A DNA stretch of 35,356 nt from Prevotella sp. (GTDB lineage: Bacteria; Bacteroidota; Bacteroidia; Bacteroidales; Bacteroidaceae). Where the stretch lies: positions 1 to 35,356 of the forward strand of contig JAZLEX010000046.1 in assembly GCA_045615485.1 (NCBI GenBank), given 5' to 3'. Positions 1-8,499 of the stretch are shown here, one piece after another. Under the pieces are notes generated by a model. It saw only the letters and a program-made list of their open reading frames with translations, ran no database searches and was not told the DNA's origin. Position numbers and translations under genes: made by a program. The first letter of the stretch is position 1. Each line of letters begins with the position of its first letter.

Positions 1-150
1 TGCCAACGGGTGCTTCACACACCATTAGAGATTTGTACTTAGTGTGTACCTTCGCGCCTAACAACAATTGCTCGTTGCCTTAGTAGCTGTCAATTCAGTT
101 CACTGTTCTCCCAGCTTGCACGGCTACGCCTTTTTAGCCCAATATTTGTT
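1..150 (-). ncRNA. Putative structured RNA or long leader (possibly the 5' part of a retron-type ncRNA), truncated by the window edge
   Basis: Follows a TAATTTTG -7 box (152-159). Minus-strand hairpins: GGCUA-N8-UAGCC (122-139), GCAACGA-GCAA-UUGUUGU with a GNRA loop (61-78), ACACACUA/UGGUGUGU (17-47). Confidence 0.4.
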
Positions 151-151
151 G

Positions 152-188
152 CAAAATTAACCTGGCATTGTCTCAAATCGTGGTACAA
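152..188 (-). promoter_or_regulatory. Bacteroidetes -7 box with an adjacent imperfect palindrome TTGTCTCA-N5-TGGTACAA
   Basis: The reverse complement of caaaatta is TAATTTTG (TAnnTTTG consensus). The palindrome at 168-188 has the same geometry as the three island operators. Confidence 0.5.
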
Positions 189-199
189 GGAGTAAAAAA

Positions 200-1540
200 C
201 TACTCCTCACCACTGATTTCTACATGCTGAACCTCTCTGGCTTCATCAAATTTAGCCTTCATCGTAGGATTGTTACGAGTAAGCTTCTTGATGGTAAGAG
301 CCTCTGCCTTGTCGTTAGCAAGACGTAGATTATTCTCAGAACCGATGAGTGCATCCTTGATTTTCTGAAGGTGCTGGATAGACTTGTCGATCTCATCGAT
401 GGCTGTCTTGAACTTCTCGCTTGCAAGGCGATAGTTCTTGCCGAACTTATCCTGAAAATCAAGTAACTGATTCTCAAAGTTGGTTACATCGATTGACTGG
501 CTCTGTGCAATCGCAAGCTGCTGCTTATACTCCAGACTCTTTTTCGAAGTCTGTACCAAGAGGGAGATAATAGGCAAGAAGAACTGAGGGAGAATGACAT
601 ACATCTTGTCATACTTGTACGAAACATCCACAATACCACCGTTGTAGAGTTCGTTCTCAGGCTCCAGAAGTGACACGAGTACAGCAAACTCACAACCTTT
701 AGCCCTGCGGTCAGCATCCAGTTTCTTGAAGAAGTCCTCGTTCTTGTGCTTGGTTGCTGTCTCATCAGCCTCGTTCTTCATCTCAAACATGATAGACACG
801 TATTCTGTGCCATCAGGAGCGAAGTCACGGAAGATGAAGTCACCCTTGCTACCGCCAGATGCATCATTGTCCTTCTCGAAGTATGCGTTAGGCATCATCG
901 TGCGCATAGTCTGGTTGAACTGGGTAGAGCAATGGATCTCCAGAGTCTCACCAATCATCTTGGTTGACATACGAGTTTTCAAATCCTTGTAGTAGTCAAC
1001 CTGTTCCTGGGCAGTTTTCAGTTTAAGTTCATACTGCTCCTTGATAGTGTTCTCATGGATAGCAGCTGCCTGTTTACTCAGTTCTGCATTTGCCTTCAAC
1101 TGAGCAATCTCAGCCTCCTTACCTTGGATGTTCTCCTGCGCCTTGCGCTGTTCTTCCATCACGGCAATCTTCATCTTGCTGTCAGACTCGCTGATAGCAG
1201 ACTGAAGCTTGGCAATCTCCTTATCCTTGTCAGCGAGTGCAAGAGTCAACTCTGTTGCCTTCTTCTCTTCTACAGAGCCGAGTTCACTTTTGAGTTTCGC
1301 AATCTCAGCTTCCTTCTGAGTAATGGCAATGTCCTTCTTGCTCAACTCTGTCTGGTATGCCTTCTCTGCCTTAGCAGCAGCCAGTTGCTCTTCTGCTTTG
1401 TGGCGGTCATGCAATTCTGCAATGCGACGGTCAACCTCTGCATTGAACTCAGCGTTCTTAACCTGGTTAACGATAGAAGCGTAGTCTGCTTCATCAACTG
1501 TGAATGCCTTGTGGCAGTTTGGACAGATAAGTTCCTTCAT
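200..1540 (-). CDS. DUF2130 domain protein (N-terminal CxxC, long coiled coil, C-terminal PD-(D/E)XK-like region)
   Basis: [13 protein letters not shown] start, coiled coil, [17 protein letters not shown] motif. ATG at 1540 preferred over TTG at 1567. Confidence 0.85.
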   Translation of the reverse strand: MKELICPNCHKAFTVDEADYASIVNQVKNAEFNAEVDRRIAELHDRHKAEEQLAAAKAEKAYQTELSKKDIAITQKEAEIAKLKSELGSVEEKKATELTLALADKDKEIAKLQSAISESDSKMKIAVMEEQRKAQENIQGKEAEIAQLKANAELSKQAAAIHENTIKEQYELKLKTAQEQVDYYKDLKTRMSTKMIGETLEIHCSTQFNQTMRTMMPNAYFEKDNDASGGSKGDFIFRDFAPDGTEYVSIMFEMKNEADETATKHKNEDFFKKLDADRRAKGCEFAVLVSLLEPENELYNGGIVDVSYKYDKMYVILPQFFLPIISLLVQTSKKSLEYKQQLAIAQSQSIDVTNFENQLLDFQDKFGKNYRLASEKFKTAIDEIDKSIQHLQKIKDALIGSENNLRLANDKAEALTIKKLTRNNPTMKAKFDEAREVQHVEISGEE

Positions 1541-1597
1541 AATATATAGGTATTTATGGTTTGACAATATGGTTATCTACTTGTATATCTAATGATT

Positions 1598-1867
1598 CTA
1601 CTTTCCCTTTTGTTCTGCTTTGAATGCTTTGTACTCTTCATTATTGATTACACTCATCTTCTTTGATAGAATAGTTACATCACGAAAGCGACATTCACGC
1701 TGGATATACGACATCAGTTTATATGTCACATGGATGGTGTAGGTATTGGTTGTCTCATCGAATCCCTTCACCGGAACCATCAGGATGGAAAGTACATGCT
1801 CGAAGTCATTATTCTTTTCAGCGTTAACAACGAAGCAGCTCATTTCATAGATCTTGCAAATAGTCAT
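1598..1867 (-). CDS. Hypothetical protein, 89 aa
   Basis: ATG-initiated ORF directly downstream of the promoter/operator at 1919-1953, co-oriented with DUF2130. No family recognised. Confidence 0.65.
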   Translation of the reverse strand: MTICKIYEMSCFVVNAEKNNDFEHVLSILMVPVKGFDETTNTYTIHVTYKLMSYIQRECRFRDVTILSKKMSVINNEEYKAFKAEQKGK

Positions 1868-1918
1868 AGTCGTACAGTATTAAGTTTATATCAGGAGTGT
1901 TTCTCTTGATTCACGCTG

Positions 1919-1953
1919 CAAAGGTATATACGACCTGTGCAGTGTTTCTGCAC
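1919..1953 (-). promoter_or_regulatory. -7 box TACCTTTG plus palindromic operator GTGCA-N7-TGCAC (candidate WYL site 1)
   Basis: caaaggta at 1919-1926; gtgca-gtgtttc-tgcac at 1937-1953. Motif repeated at 8454 and 17156. Confidence 0.75.
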
Positions 1954-1970
1954 GCAAAAAATAAAATTAA

Positions 1971-2007
1971 AAAAAGTGGGCATTTTTTTGAATTTTGCCC
2001 ACTTTTT
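1971..2007 (-). terminator. Intrinsic terminator after the SprT-like gene
   Basis: aaaaagtgggca-N13-tgcccacttttt inverted repeat with A/T tracts on both sides. Confidence 0.7.
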
Positions 2008-2020
2008 ATCGATTTTCAAG

Positions 2021-2710
2021 CTATTTTCGAGACCTTTTTATGTTTTTTCCGTCACATTCCATCTTTTCAGCATCCTTCAGTTGCTCTTTGATTTCGTCCT
2101 CATCTGCATAGTGGGCATTCAGAGCACCTGAGTTAGGGAACCTGTTGAAATATGGATTATTCGACATATAGAGTTCTATTGACTTTACATCCTTGCTCTC
2201 ACTCATCTTATTATAATAGTTGAGTATTCGAGGCAGGACACGAGGAATGACCTTAATACCGAACTTGCCATTGCTGAAACGAACGGTTGCTATTACATGC
2301 CAGTGAGGTTTCGTGTCAATGGCTTGCTCGTTCTGTTCTTTGGTTCCCTTGTGTGAGACAGTCAGATGTCTGCCAAACTTCTCATTGATAGTATTCATCA
2401 TGTGAAGGAACAAAGGACCATGCGAACTTGTATCTTCCATCTGATTCACACCGATGAAGTAATGAATCATTTCGTGGATGATGGTATCTTCAACTTCCTG
2501 CTCTGGCAAGTCTATTCGAGTATTGATACGAAGTCGGAAATCATACTTTTCCTCTTTGCCGTTATCAAGTTTGCGTTTTTTGTAAACACATACACCAAGA
2601 AATGTCTTAGCATCGCTTAGTTCGATAGGAAGTTTGGGGAGTCTTCCAGCAAACATCTGCTGATTAAACTCCTCAAACTTTTTCTCTATGTATGGAATAG
2701 TTGCCTTCAT
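2021..2710 (-). CDS. SprT-like zinc metalloprotease domain protein
   Basis: FEEFNQQMFAGRLP N-terminus, DTIIHEMIH (HExxH), downstream HGPLF. Its start abuts the stop of the Z1 gene. Confidence 0.85.
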   Translation of the reverse strand: MKATIPYIEKKFEEFNQQMFAGRLPKLPIELSDAKTFLGVCVYKKRKLDNGKEEKYDFRLRINTRIDLPEQEVEDTIIHEMIHYFIGVNQMEDTSSHGPLFLHMMNTINEKFGRHLTVSHKGTKEQNEQAIDTKPHWHVIATVRFSNGKFGIKVIPRVLPRILNYYNKMSESKDVKSIELYMSNNPYFNRFPNSGALNAHYADEDEIKEQLKDAEKMECDGKNIKRSRK

Positions 2711-5700
2711 TTAGTTCTTCTTTCTTGGCTTTGCCTCGAACTCAATTACCTTAACCTTCTTAACCTTATAAGTAATAGTCCAGATGACGAAATTGTTGTA
2801 TGTAACCTCAATTTCATCACCATCTGGGAATACAAGCAAATCATCGTCTGTTGTATCTTCCTCTGCTGGCTGAATAACATAAGGATTAACGGGGTCAACC
2901 TGTGCAAGCATATATCTGTAGCATCCCTTGCCCTTACACCAAAGGAGAAGGTAGTCATACTGATGTACAAGGAATGGGAACTTACCATCATTATAAGTAT
3001 GGATTCCGGCAGAGAGTTCAGACTCATCAGAAATAGCTTCAGGGTCGATCTCGAATGAGCGTCCTGTCAAGGTTGGAACAAGGTACTTGTTTGCTGTAGC
3101 ATCCGTAATGGCACGAAGCAACTCGTTTCCTTCACCGCTCTCAATAGCGTCAAAGTCTTCTTTACGGCACTGAACACGAAGAACCTCTGCATTCTGTGCT
3201 CCATCCAAGAACTGTGACAGGTCAATGTCTGCAACATTATATTCTGGAACATAAGCGCCAGCTGTGAACACTACAGGATCAATGTTCATAGAAGCGTATG
3301 CAACTGGCCAGTAGAATGGAGTACCACGCCAGCCCTTTTCCTCAGAACCATTCTCTCTGAAGAGCATGATTGCAGGTTTTTCGGTAGCTGCTGCACGTGC
3401 CTTCTCACCATCAGTTTTACCAGTTTCAGGAGCATCTACGAAGCGACCGTTTGAGCGAACACGACTCATGTCCATTCCTGTTCTAACCATACACATAACG
3501 GTGTCGCTGTTGCTGCCTGTACAGTATTCGAGTAAGCCCTTCATGTCATCTGTATTCCAATCGAAGCCATAATTGCCCCATTTCTGACCAGGCTTCTCGT
3601 CATAGACGTATGTTGAGCGAATCTCGTCCAAGATTTCGTAGATAAGCCACTTGTCAACTTCGAAGAACTCATCTTCCTTATAGTTAGGCAGAGCCTTCAA
3701 CTGTGCATCAATCAAATCTACAATCTTGCTGATGGTTGATTTAGGACCTGTCTGGAATCCAGAAGTTGTGAGACGAGTACCAGGAGTGATTGTAACCGTG
3801 TCAGATACGACAATCTTACCCTTTGAACATGGCTGAATCTTTGTACCAGGAGCCAAGCCCACGAATACAGCTTTCATATCAGGATCATTGTTGCCTTCAT
3901 TGATAAGCCAATCACGAAGCTGGTTATCCATAGCGTTCATGAGTTCAAGAATATCGTAGAGGTCGTATGTTGTGTGCAGACGTGTCACTGCCATATCTTC
4001 TTTTGAACGGCTACCATACTGACGCATGTGCTGAAGGACGGTGTCTTGCTGATAAGAAGACGTTGTACGTCCATAGAAGAAGCTCAACATGTTGTTGATG
4101 GTAATACCACGGTCAAGGATGCTACCGCCAATAAAGATATTGAACAGGCTTGTGAGTTTCAACTGACCATTCTTCTTATCAAGGAGTTCCTTGACACCAC
4201 GGTCAGAGTTGACTACATGTACAATCTCATTTGGCTCAATAGAATCCAATGCCTCTACCAATGCCTTTCTTACCTCTACGATGCTTGGCATCTTAGCAGT
4301 AATCAGCTTGTCATATTCACGAGCAGCAGTGTTACTGTCCATGAAATCCTGATAGATTGCATCAAACAACGCATCGAAATACTCTGTTTCGCCTGAGCAA
4401 TATGCCTCCTTGATCTTCTGAACGAGGTCAAGGATAAGAGTTTCCTGCCATACCTGCTTATCCTGTGATACCTGAAGGTGGATAAGGCAGCTTGATTTGT
4501 ATGCACCTTCGAACATTACATCATCCTTTGACAGATTCTCATCTGGGTGCTTCTCTATATAAGCGTCAATCTCCTGAATCTTACGGATAACTGTTGCCAT
4601 CAGGTAACTGAGAATAGCGTGACGGAAGTCGTAAATCTTATCTGAGGTCAGCATGTTTCTCAGATATACGTTATTCTTGTTCTTCATCACTCTCATACAA
4701 TCATCGCTGATTGGATGGAACAAATAGCTGTACATAGACTCTTCATCTTGTGACTTGATGAAGTAATGATCACCTCCAACATACGCATCGTGAGTTGGTA
4801 CAATTGTAGTGAAGCGTGGCTTCATAGGGCGAACATAACCATCCTCTTCAATCTCGATAGACTGGTCAGGCTGCAAATACAATGAGTATGGAGTTGCTGT
4901 TACCTGAAGGTAGCGACAGAACTTAGGTGTATGAACGAACTGGTTGATAAGCTTTGTGATGACCGCAAGGCTAATCTCACCATGACGCTTCATATAGTTC
5001 CAGCTTGCAAAGTCTGCCTCGTCATCAACGATGAGGACATTCTTATCCTTTAACAAAGGCTGCTTCTCCTCAAAAAGACGGATAAGATGCTTTAAGTTGT
5101 CATCTTCCTTCTTACAGATGATAATAATCTTCTGACGGTTAACTTCTGCCTTTGTAAGACCATTGTCCTTGATTTCCATTATATCAAAGATAGATACAAT
5201 AGGTCTGCGTGTAATCTTGTCTGTCCACTCAAATGGCTCGAAGTCATCCTTCATACGAGATACGGTCTGGTCAGCAAGAGCATTTGTTCCCTTTGTAAAT
5301 ACAACACAAACGTCAATACCCTTGTCAAAGGCAAGAGCCATAATCTTTACGAAGGTGTCAGTCTTACCACACTGGATGCGACCGAGAAGGAGTCCTGGCT
5401 GAGTTGCATCGTCACCTTCTTCCATCAGATAGTTTACAGAGTCGAATATGCACTTCTTCTTTTCTGGTCCTGGCTTAAACTTAGCCTTCTTGACCAATGT
5501 GTCATAGATAGGAGTATTGCTATCTACAAAGTCGTCATCACTTGAAGCATTCTGCAGTGCTGCAATTCGTGCCTCTTCCTCTCTCTTTTGCTGTGCCTCG
5601 ATTACTTCGAGTTCAGCCAGGCGGTCACGCATTTCTTGAGGTACTGGCATTCCGATTGATTCAAAACCGGTAATGGCTCCTCTCAACTGATCCGCGCTTG

Positions 5701-5719
5701 TGAATTTTGAAAGATCCAT
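2711..5719 (-). CDS. Z1-domain protein with N-terminal SF2 helicase-like ATPase and C-terminal ASCH/PUA-like domain
   Basis: GRIQCGKT (Walker A), IVDDEAD (Walker B), TATP, and IFIGGSILDRGITI..DTVLQHMRQYG typical of Z1 proteins. The C-terminal VLRVQCRKEDFDAIESG..LLRAI..YDYLLL resembles ASCH. Confidence 0.8.
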   Translation of the reverse strand: MDLSKFTSADQLRGAITGFESIGMPVPQEMRDRLAELEVIEAQQKREEEARIAALQNASSDDDFVDSNTPIYDTLVKKAKFKPGPEKKKCIFDSVNYLMEEGDDATQPGLLLGRIQCGKTDTFVKIMALAFDKGIDVCVVFTKGTNALADQTVSRMKDDFEPFEWTDKITRRPIVSIFDIMEIKDNGLTKAEVNRQKIIIICKKEDDNLKHLIRLFEEKQPLLKDKNVLIVDDEADFASWNYMKRHGEISLAVITKLINQFVHTPKFCRYLQVTATPYSLYLQPDQSIEIEEDGYVRPMKPRFTTIVPTHDAYVGGDHYFIKSQDEESMYSYLFHPISDDCMRVMKNKNNVYLRNMLTSDKIYDFRHAILSYLMATVIRKIQEIDAYIEKHPDENLSKDDVMFEGAYKSSCLIHLQVSQDKQVWQETLILDLVQKIKEAYCSGETEYFDALFDAIYQDFMDSNTAAREYDKLITAKMPSIVEVRKALVEALDSIEPNEIVHVVNSDRGVKELLDKKNGQLKLTSLFNIFIGGSILDRGITINNMLSFFYGRTTSSYQQDTVLQHMRQYGSRSKEDMAVTRLHTTYDLYDILELMNAMDNQLRDWLINEGNNDPDMKAVFVGLAPGTKIQPCSKGKIVVSDTVTITPGTRLTTSGFQTGPKSTISKIVDLIDAQLKALPNYKEDEFFEVDKWLIYEILDEIRSTYVYDEKPGQKWGNYGFDWNTDDMKGLLEYCTGSNSDTVMCMVRTGMDMSRVRSNGRFVDAPETGKTDGEKARAAATEKPAIMLFRENGSEEKGWRGTPFYWPVAYASMNIDPVVFTAGAYVPEYNVADIDLSQFLDGAQNAEVLRVQCRKEDFDAIESGEGNELLRAITDATANKYLVPTLTGRSFEIDPEAISDESELSAGIHTYNDGKFPFLVHQYDYLLLWCKGKGCYRYMLAQVDPVNPYVIQPAEEDTTDDDLLVFPDGDEIEVTYNNFVIWTITYKVKKVKVIEFEAKPRKKN

Positions 5720-5739
5720 GTTATTATAAGGTGTTAATG

Positions 5740-6843
5740 TTAATATACGTCTGAAAGGATGTCTTTTTTCTCATCATACCATCTATACCAAACTGGCAAG
5801 TTATAGGCTTGACGCAGAAAATCCATGTATTCTTTATCTTTTGTTGTCGGCTTTCCTAAGCCTACAATAAACAGTTTGTCTGCATTGTTCTTCTGTGGGT
5901 AATGAGCGTATTCAAGAATCTGTCCTAATGCTTCTCTTATACTTTGCTTTGCATTGAACGTCTTGACTTCAAAGTAATGCTTTTCGCCAGATTCCACATG
6001 CTTACCCATGATGTCAACCTTGTCCTTTGAAGTAAAGTCTGGAGCTTCCTCCATCTTTAGATTCTTGTACTCATCACTAAGCAGTTGGAACAATGCATTT
6101 TGCATCTGTTTATGCTTTCGCTCAACCTTAACGTACTTCTCACCAACGGTCATGAAATAATCAGAATCAGAGATTAGTCCACTACGACTATCATCACCTA
6201 AAGGGAAAATTTCATATAGAAAGGATGAGAACTTGTCCATCTCCCATGTAGCAAGGAATGGATCAGCATTCTTGAAGTCAACTATTGCTTCCCTCTTGTA
6301 AACAGAGTCACCTGCATATAGTTCTTCACTACCGACACCCAATTTATCCAAGAAATGGTCTAAGTGCTCGTCTGAGAAGATGTTGAGATACCTGTCTGGA
6401 TAATAGATAGAAAGGATTTTGCCCTTTACCATAGGAGAAAAGATGTTTTTCACAATCTTATCTATATCTTCTCTTTCGCCAGCCTCTATAAGACTTACAA
6501 GGTTTCTTTTGACTGCGTTGAATGCTTTGGTCTTCGAATCTCCGAACTTTGGCGTATATTCATAGGTACCTTCTTTTGGAGAATAATAGATACCAAATTT
6601 CTTTGCCGTAGCACCGAGGATGACACCAAGGTCTCTGAAGCTTTGCTCGATAGCATAGCAGAAGCAAGTGATATTCTTTCGTCCACTACCTATACAGTAG
6701 TCATCCAATTTCATAGTCTTTATGAAATCGGTATTGAAGTGCTTCACGAACTCATCTCTTAGGATGAGAGAGGCATGTAAATCAGCTGCTCGTGTCGAAT
6801 AGTCGAACGCTTTTGCTGCTGTATCGAATTCGTTTCTATCCAT
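5740..6843 (-). CDS. Putative PD-(D/E)XK endonuclease with an N-terminal domain resembling those of McrB/HNH restriction proteins
   Basis: C-terminal KHKQMQ..VDI..YFEVKT..IREALGQILEY nuclease motif; N-terminal LDDYCIG..FCYAIE..KFGIYY..KILSIYYPDRYLNIFS. Confidence 0.7.
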   Translation of the reverse strand: MDRNEFDTAAKAFDYSTRAADLHASLILRDEFVKHFNTDFIKTMKLDDYCIGSGRKNITCFCYAIEQSFRDLGVILGATAKKFGIYYSPKEGTYEYTPKFGDSKTKAFNAVKRNLVSLIEAGEREDIDKIVKNIFSPMVKGKILSIYYPDRYLNIFSDEHLDHFLDKLGVGSEELYAGDSVYKREAIVDFKNADPFLATWEMDKFSSFLYEIFPLGDDSRSGLISDSDYFMTVGEKYVKVERKHKQMQNALFQLLSDEYKNLKMEEAPDFTSKDKVDIMGKHVESGEKHYFEVKTFNAKQSIREALGQILEYAHYPQKNNADKLFIVGLGKPTTKDKEYMDFLRQAYNLPVWYRWYDEKKDILSDVY

Positions 6844-6848
6844 GGTAA

Positions 6849-8399
6849 CTATTTCCTTCCGTGTTTTTTATAACTGAGAATTGTGTCCCTTAATTTGTTG
6901 AAAGTGTCAATGTCATTAAAGATTTTATCCCATGCGTACTCTTCAGGAGTATTAGAGAACGCAAAGACACCATCTTTATTGCGAGGATAAAGAAGGACTT
7001 TATCACCATCTGCAAGAATGATTAACCTTGCGTATTGGCGACTGGCATAGGACTCTGCTTGCCAGAATGTCTTTTCTATGTCTTGACCATCCATTTCGCC
7101 CGGTGCTTTTGCTTCAATTAGCACATCTGCCGACTTCATGCGGTTTCCGAATGGGAATAATGAAAAGTCTGTTTTGCCGTCTTGAACCTTCTCGTTCTCA
7201 ACTTTTAGCCTGCCCATTTGAAGGTGTACTTGACGTAGATAGTCAATTCCTTCAGACAATTTCATCTGGGTTAGGAGTTCCTTGATTAAATATTCCTCTA
7301 CCCATTTTTCAGGTTTTATATCACCCCTGTCTTCAAAAGCAACCTTCAGTTTGAAAGGCTTGTGTAATTTGGGCAATTTGTTTTGGTCAAACGAAGGATC
7401 CCATTCAGAGATAAATGCCAAAAGGTCTTCATATCTTTTCGTATCTACTGGGTCACCATGGAGTCCAAGGAAATGAGCACCACATCTTGGCAGTTTGCAC
7501 AACCGTTCATCTTTACTGATTACCTTGAACGGAATTGGCTTTACCTTTAACTCATTACCAATCATTGCAGAGCCATAATAATAGCTTAATGGGTCGCTAT
7601 CACCATCGGTCAGAGCTGTCCATATACCTGTAATGCTACTATTGTTTTGCTTGTACCATGTACCGCCATTCTCATAGAATATAAGAATGTCACCCTTTCG
7701 AGTGTTTACATTACATTGCCATCCAAGGATTTTATTATTGGCTTCTTCCTCTGTTTTCTTAGTTCCGCTAATCATCCATACCTTAGGGAAGGGGTGTGAG
7801 TCAGCAGAATACTTTGAGTCATAAGCCTTGCGTTCCATGTCATAAAGGAAAGCACATAGTTCCGCACCTGTCATGCCATTAAGTTCTTTGAACGAGTGCA
7901 AAGCTTTACATATATTTATATAGTACTTGCATCTGCCTTCAAAGCTTCCTTTGCCCGGAATTGGATCGATTTCAATATCATAATCTTCAAGTATTTGAAG
8001 AAGATACTTAAACTGACCAGCAAACAGATAAGGGATGTAGTTCTCTGGCTGGCGGTTATACATGAACATTGAAATGTGAACCATCGAGCCAATGACATCC
8101 CTGTAACCATTAGCCTTTGACAAGTCATCAATTATTGACTCCATGTCAGAATAGTTCAATGATTCCTTCTCCGCATACAGCGAGTTGTTGCAGAGTATTC
8201 TATCTGCATATTCTAGTCCATCCTTTTCCCATTGTCTATCAACATTAAGGAAATTGTCACGATTGTAGGTGTACAACAAGTCAATGAAATCATCATAGGA
8301 TGTTTCTTTACTCGTTGCGTTACGAAACAAACGAATAGACTCCTGACCTTCAGGAGAGTTCTTGTACAAGTTCCAGTAGAATTGATTGACTTTAAGCAT
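6849..8399 (-). CDS. Putative restriction endonuclease: central EVE/PUA-like domain plus C-terminal HsdR_N-like PD-(D/E)XK domain
   Basis: KVWMI..WQCNVNTRKGDILIFYE..SITGIW (EVE-like); EKWVEEYLI..TDF..LIEAK..QAESYA (nuclease). Confidence 0.7.
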   Translation of the reverse strand: MLKVNQFYWNLYKNSPEGQESIRLFRNATSKETSYDDFIDLLYTYNRDNFLNVDRQWEKDGLEYADRILCNNSLYAEKESLNYSDMESIIDDLSKANGYRDVIGSMVHISMFMYNRQPENYIPYLFAGQFKYLLQILEDYDIEIDPIPGKGSFEGRCKYYINICKALHSFKELNGMTGAELCAFLYDMERKAYDSKYSADSHPFPKVWMISGTKKTEEEANNKILGWQCNVNTRKGDILIFYENGGTWYKQNNSSITGIWTALTDGDSDPLSYYYGSAMIGNELKVKPIPFKVISKDERLCKLPRCGAHFLGLHGDPVDTKRYEDLLAFISEWDPSFDQNKLPKLHKPFKLKVAFEDRGDIKPEKWVEEYLIKELLTQMKLSEGIDYLRQVHLQMGRLKVENEKVQDGKTDFSLFPFGNRMKSADVLIEAKAPGEMDGQDIEKTFWQAESYASRQYARLIILADGDKVLLYPRNKDGVFAFSNTPEEYAWDKIFNDIDTFNKLRDTILSYKKHGRK

Positions 8400-8436
8400 A
8401 AAGAAGACTAATTGTGTTATTGTCTAAATTCGAGTG

Positions 8437-8470
8437 CAAAGTACACATGACCTGTGCAACCTTCCTGCGC
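8437..8470 (-). promoter_or_regulatory. -7-like box plus operator GTGCA-N7-TGCGC (candidate WYL site 2)
   Basis: caaagta at 8437-8443 (TACTTTG, one base shorter than consensus); gtgca-accttcc-tgcgc at 8454-8470. Confidence 0.7.
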
Positions 8471-8499
8471 TCGAAAAAATAATTTTAATTTTTCTTCAA

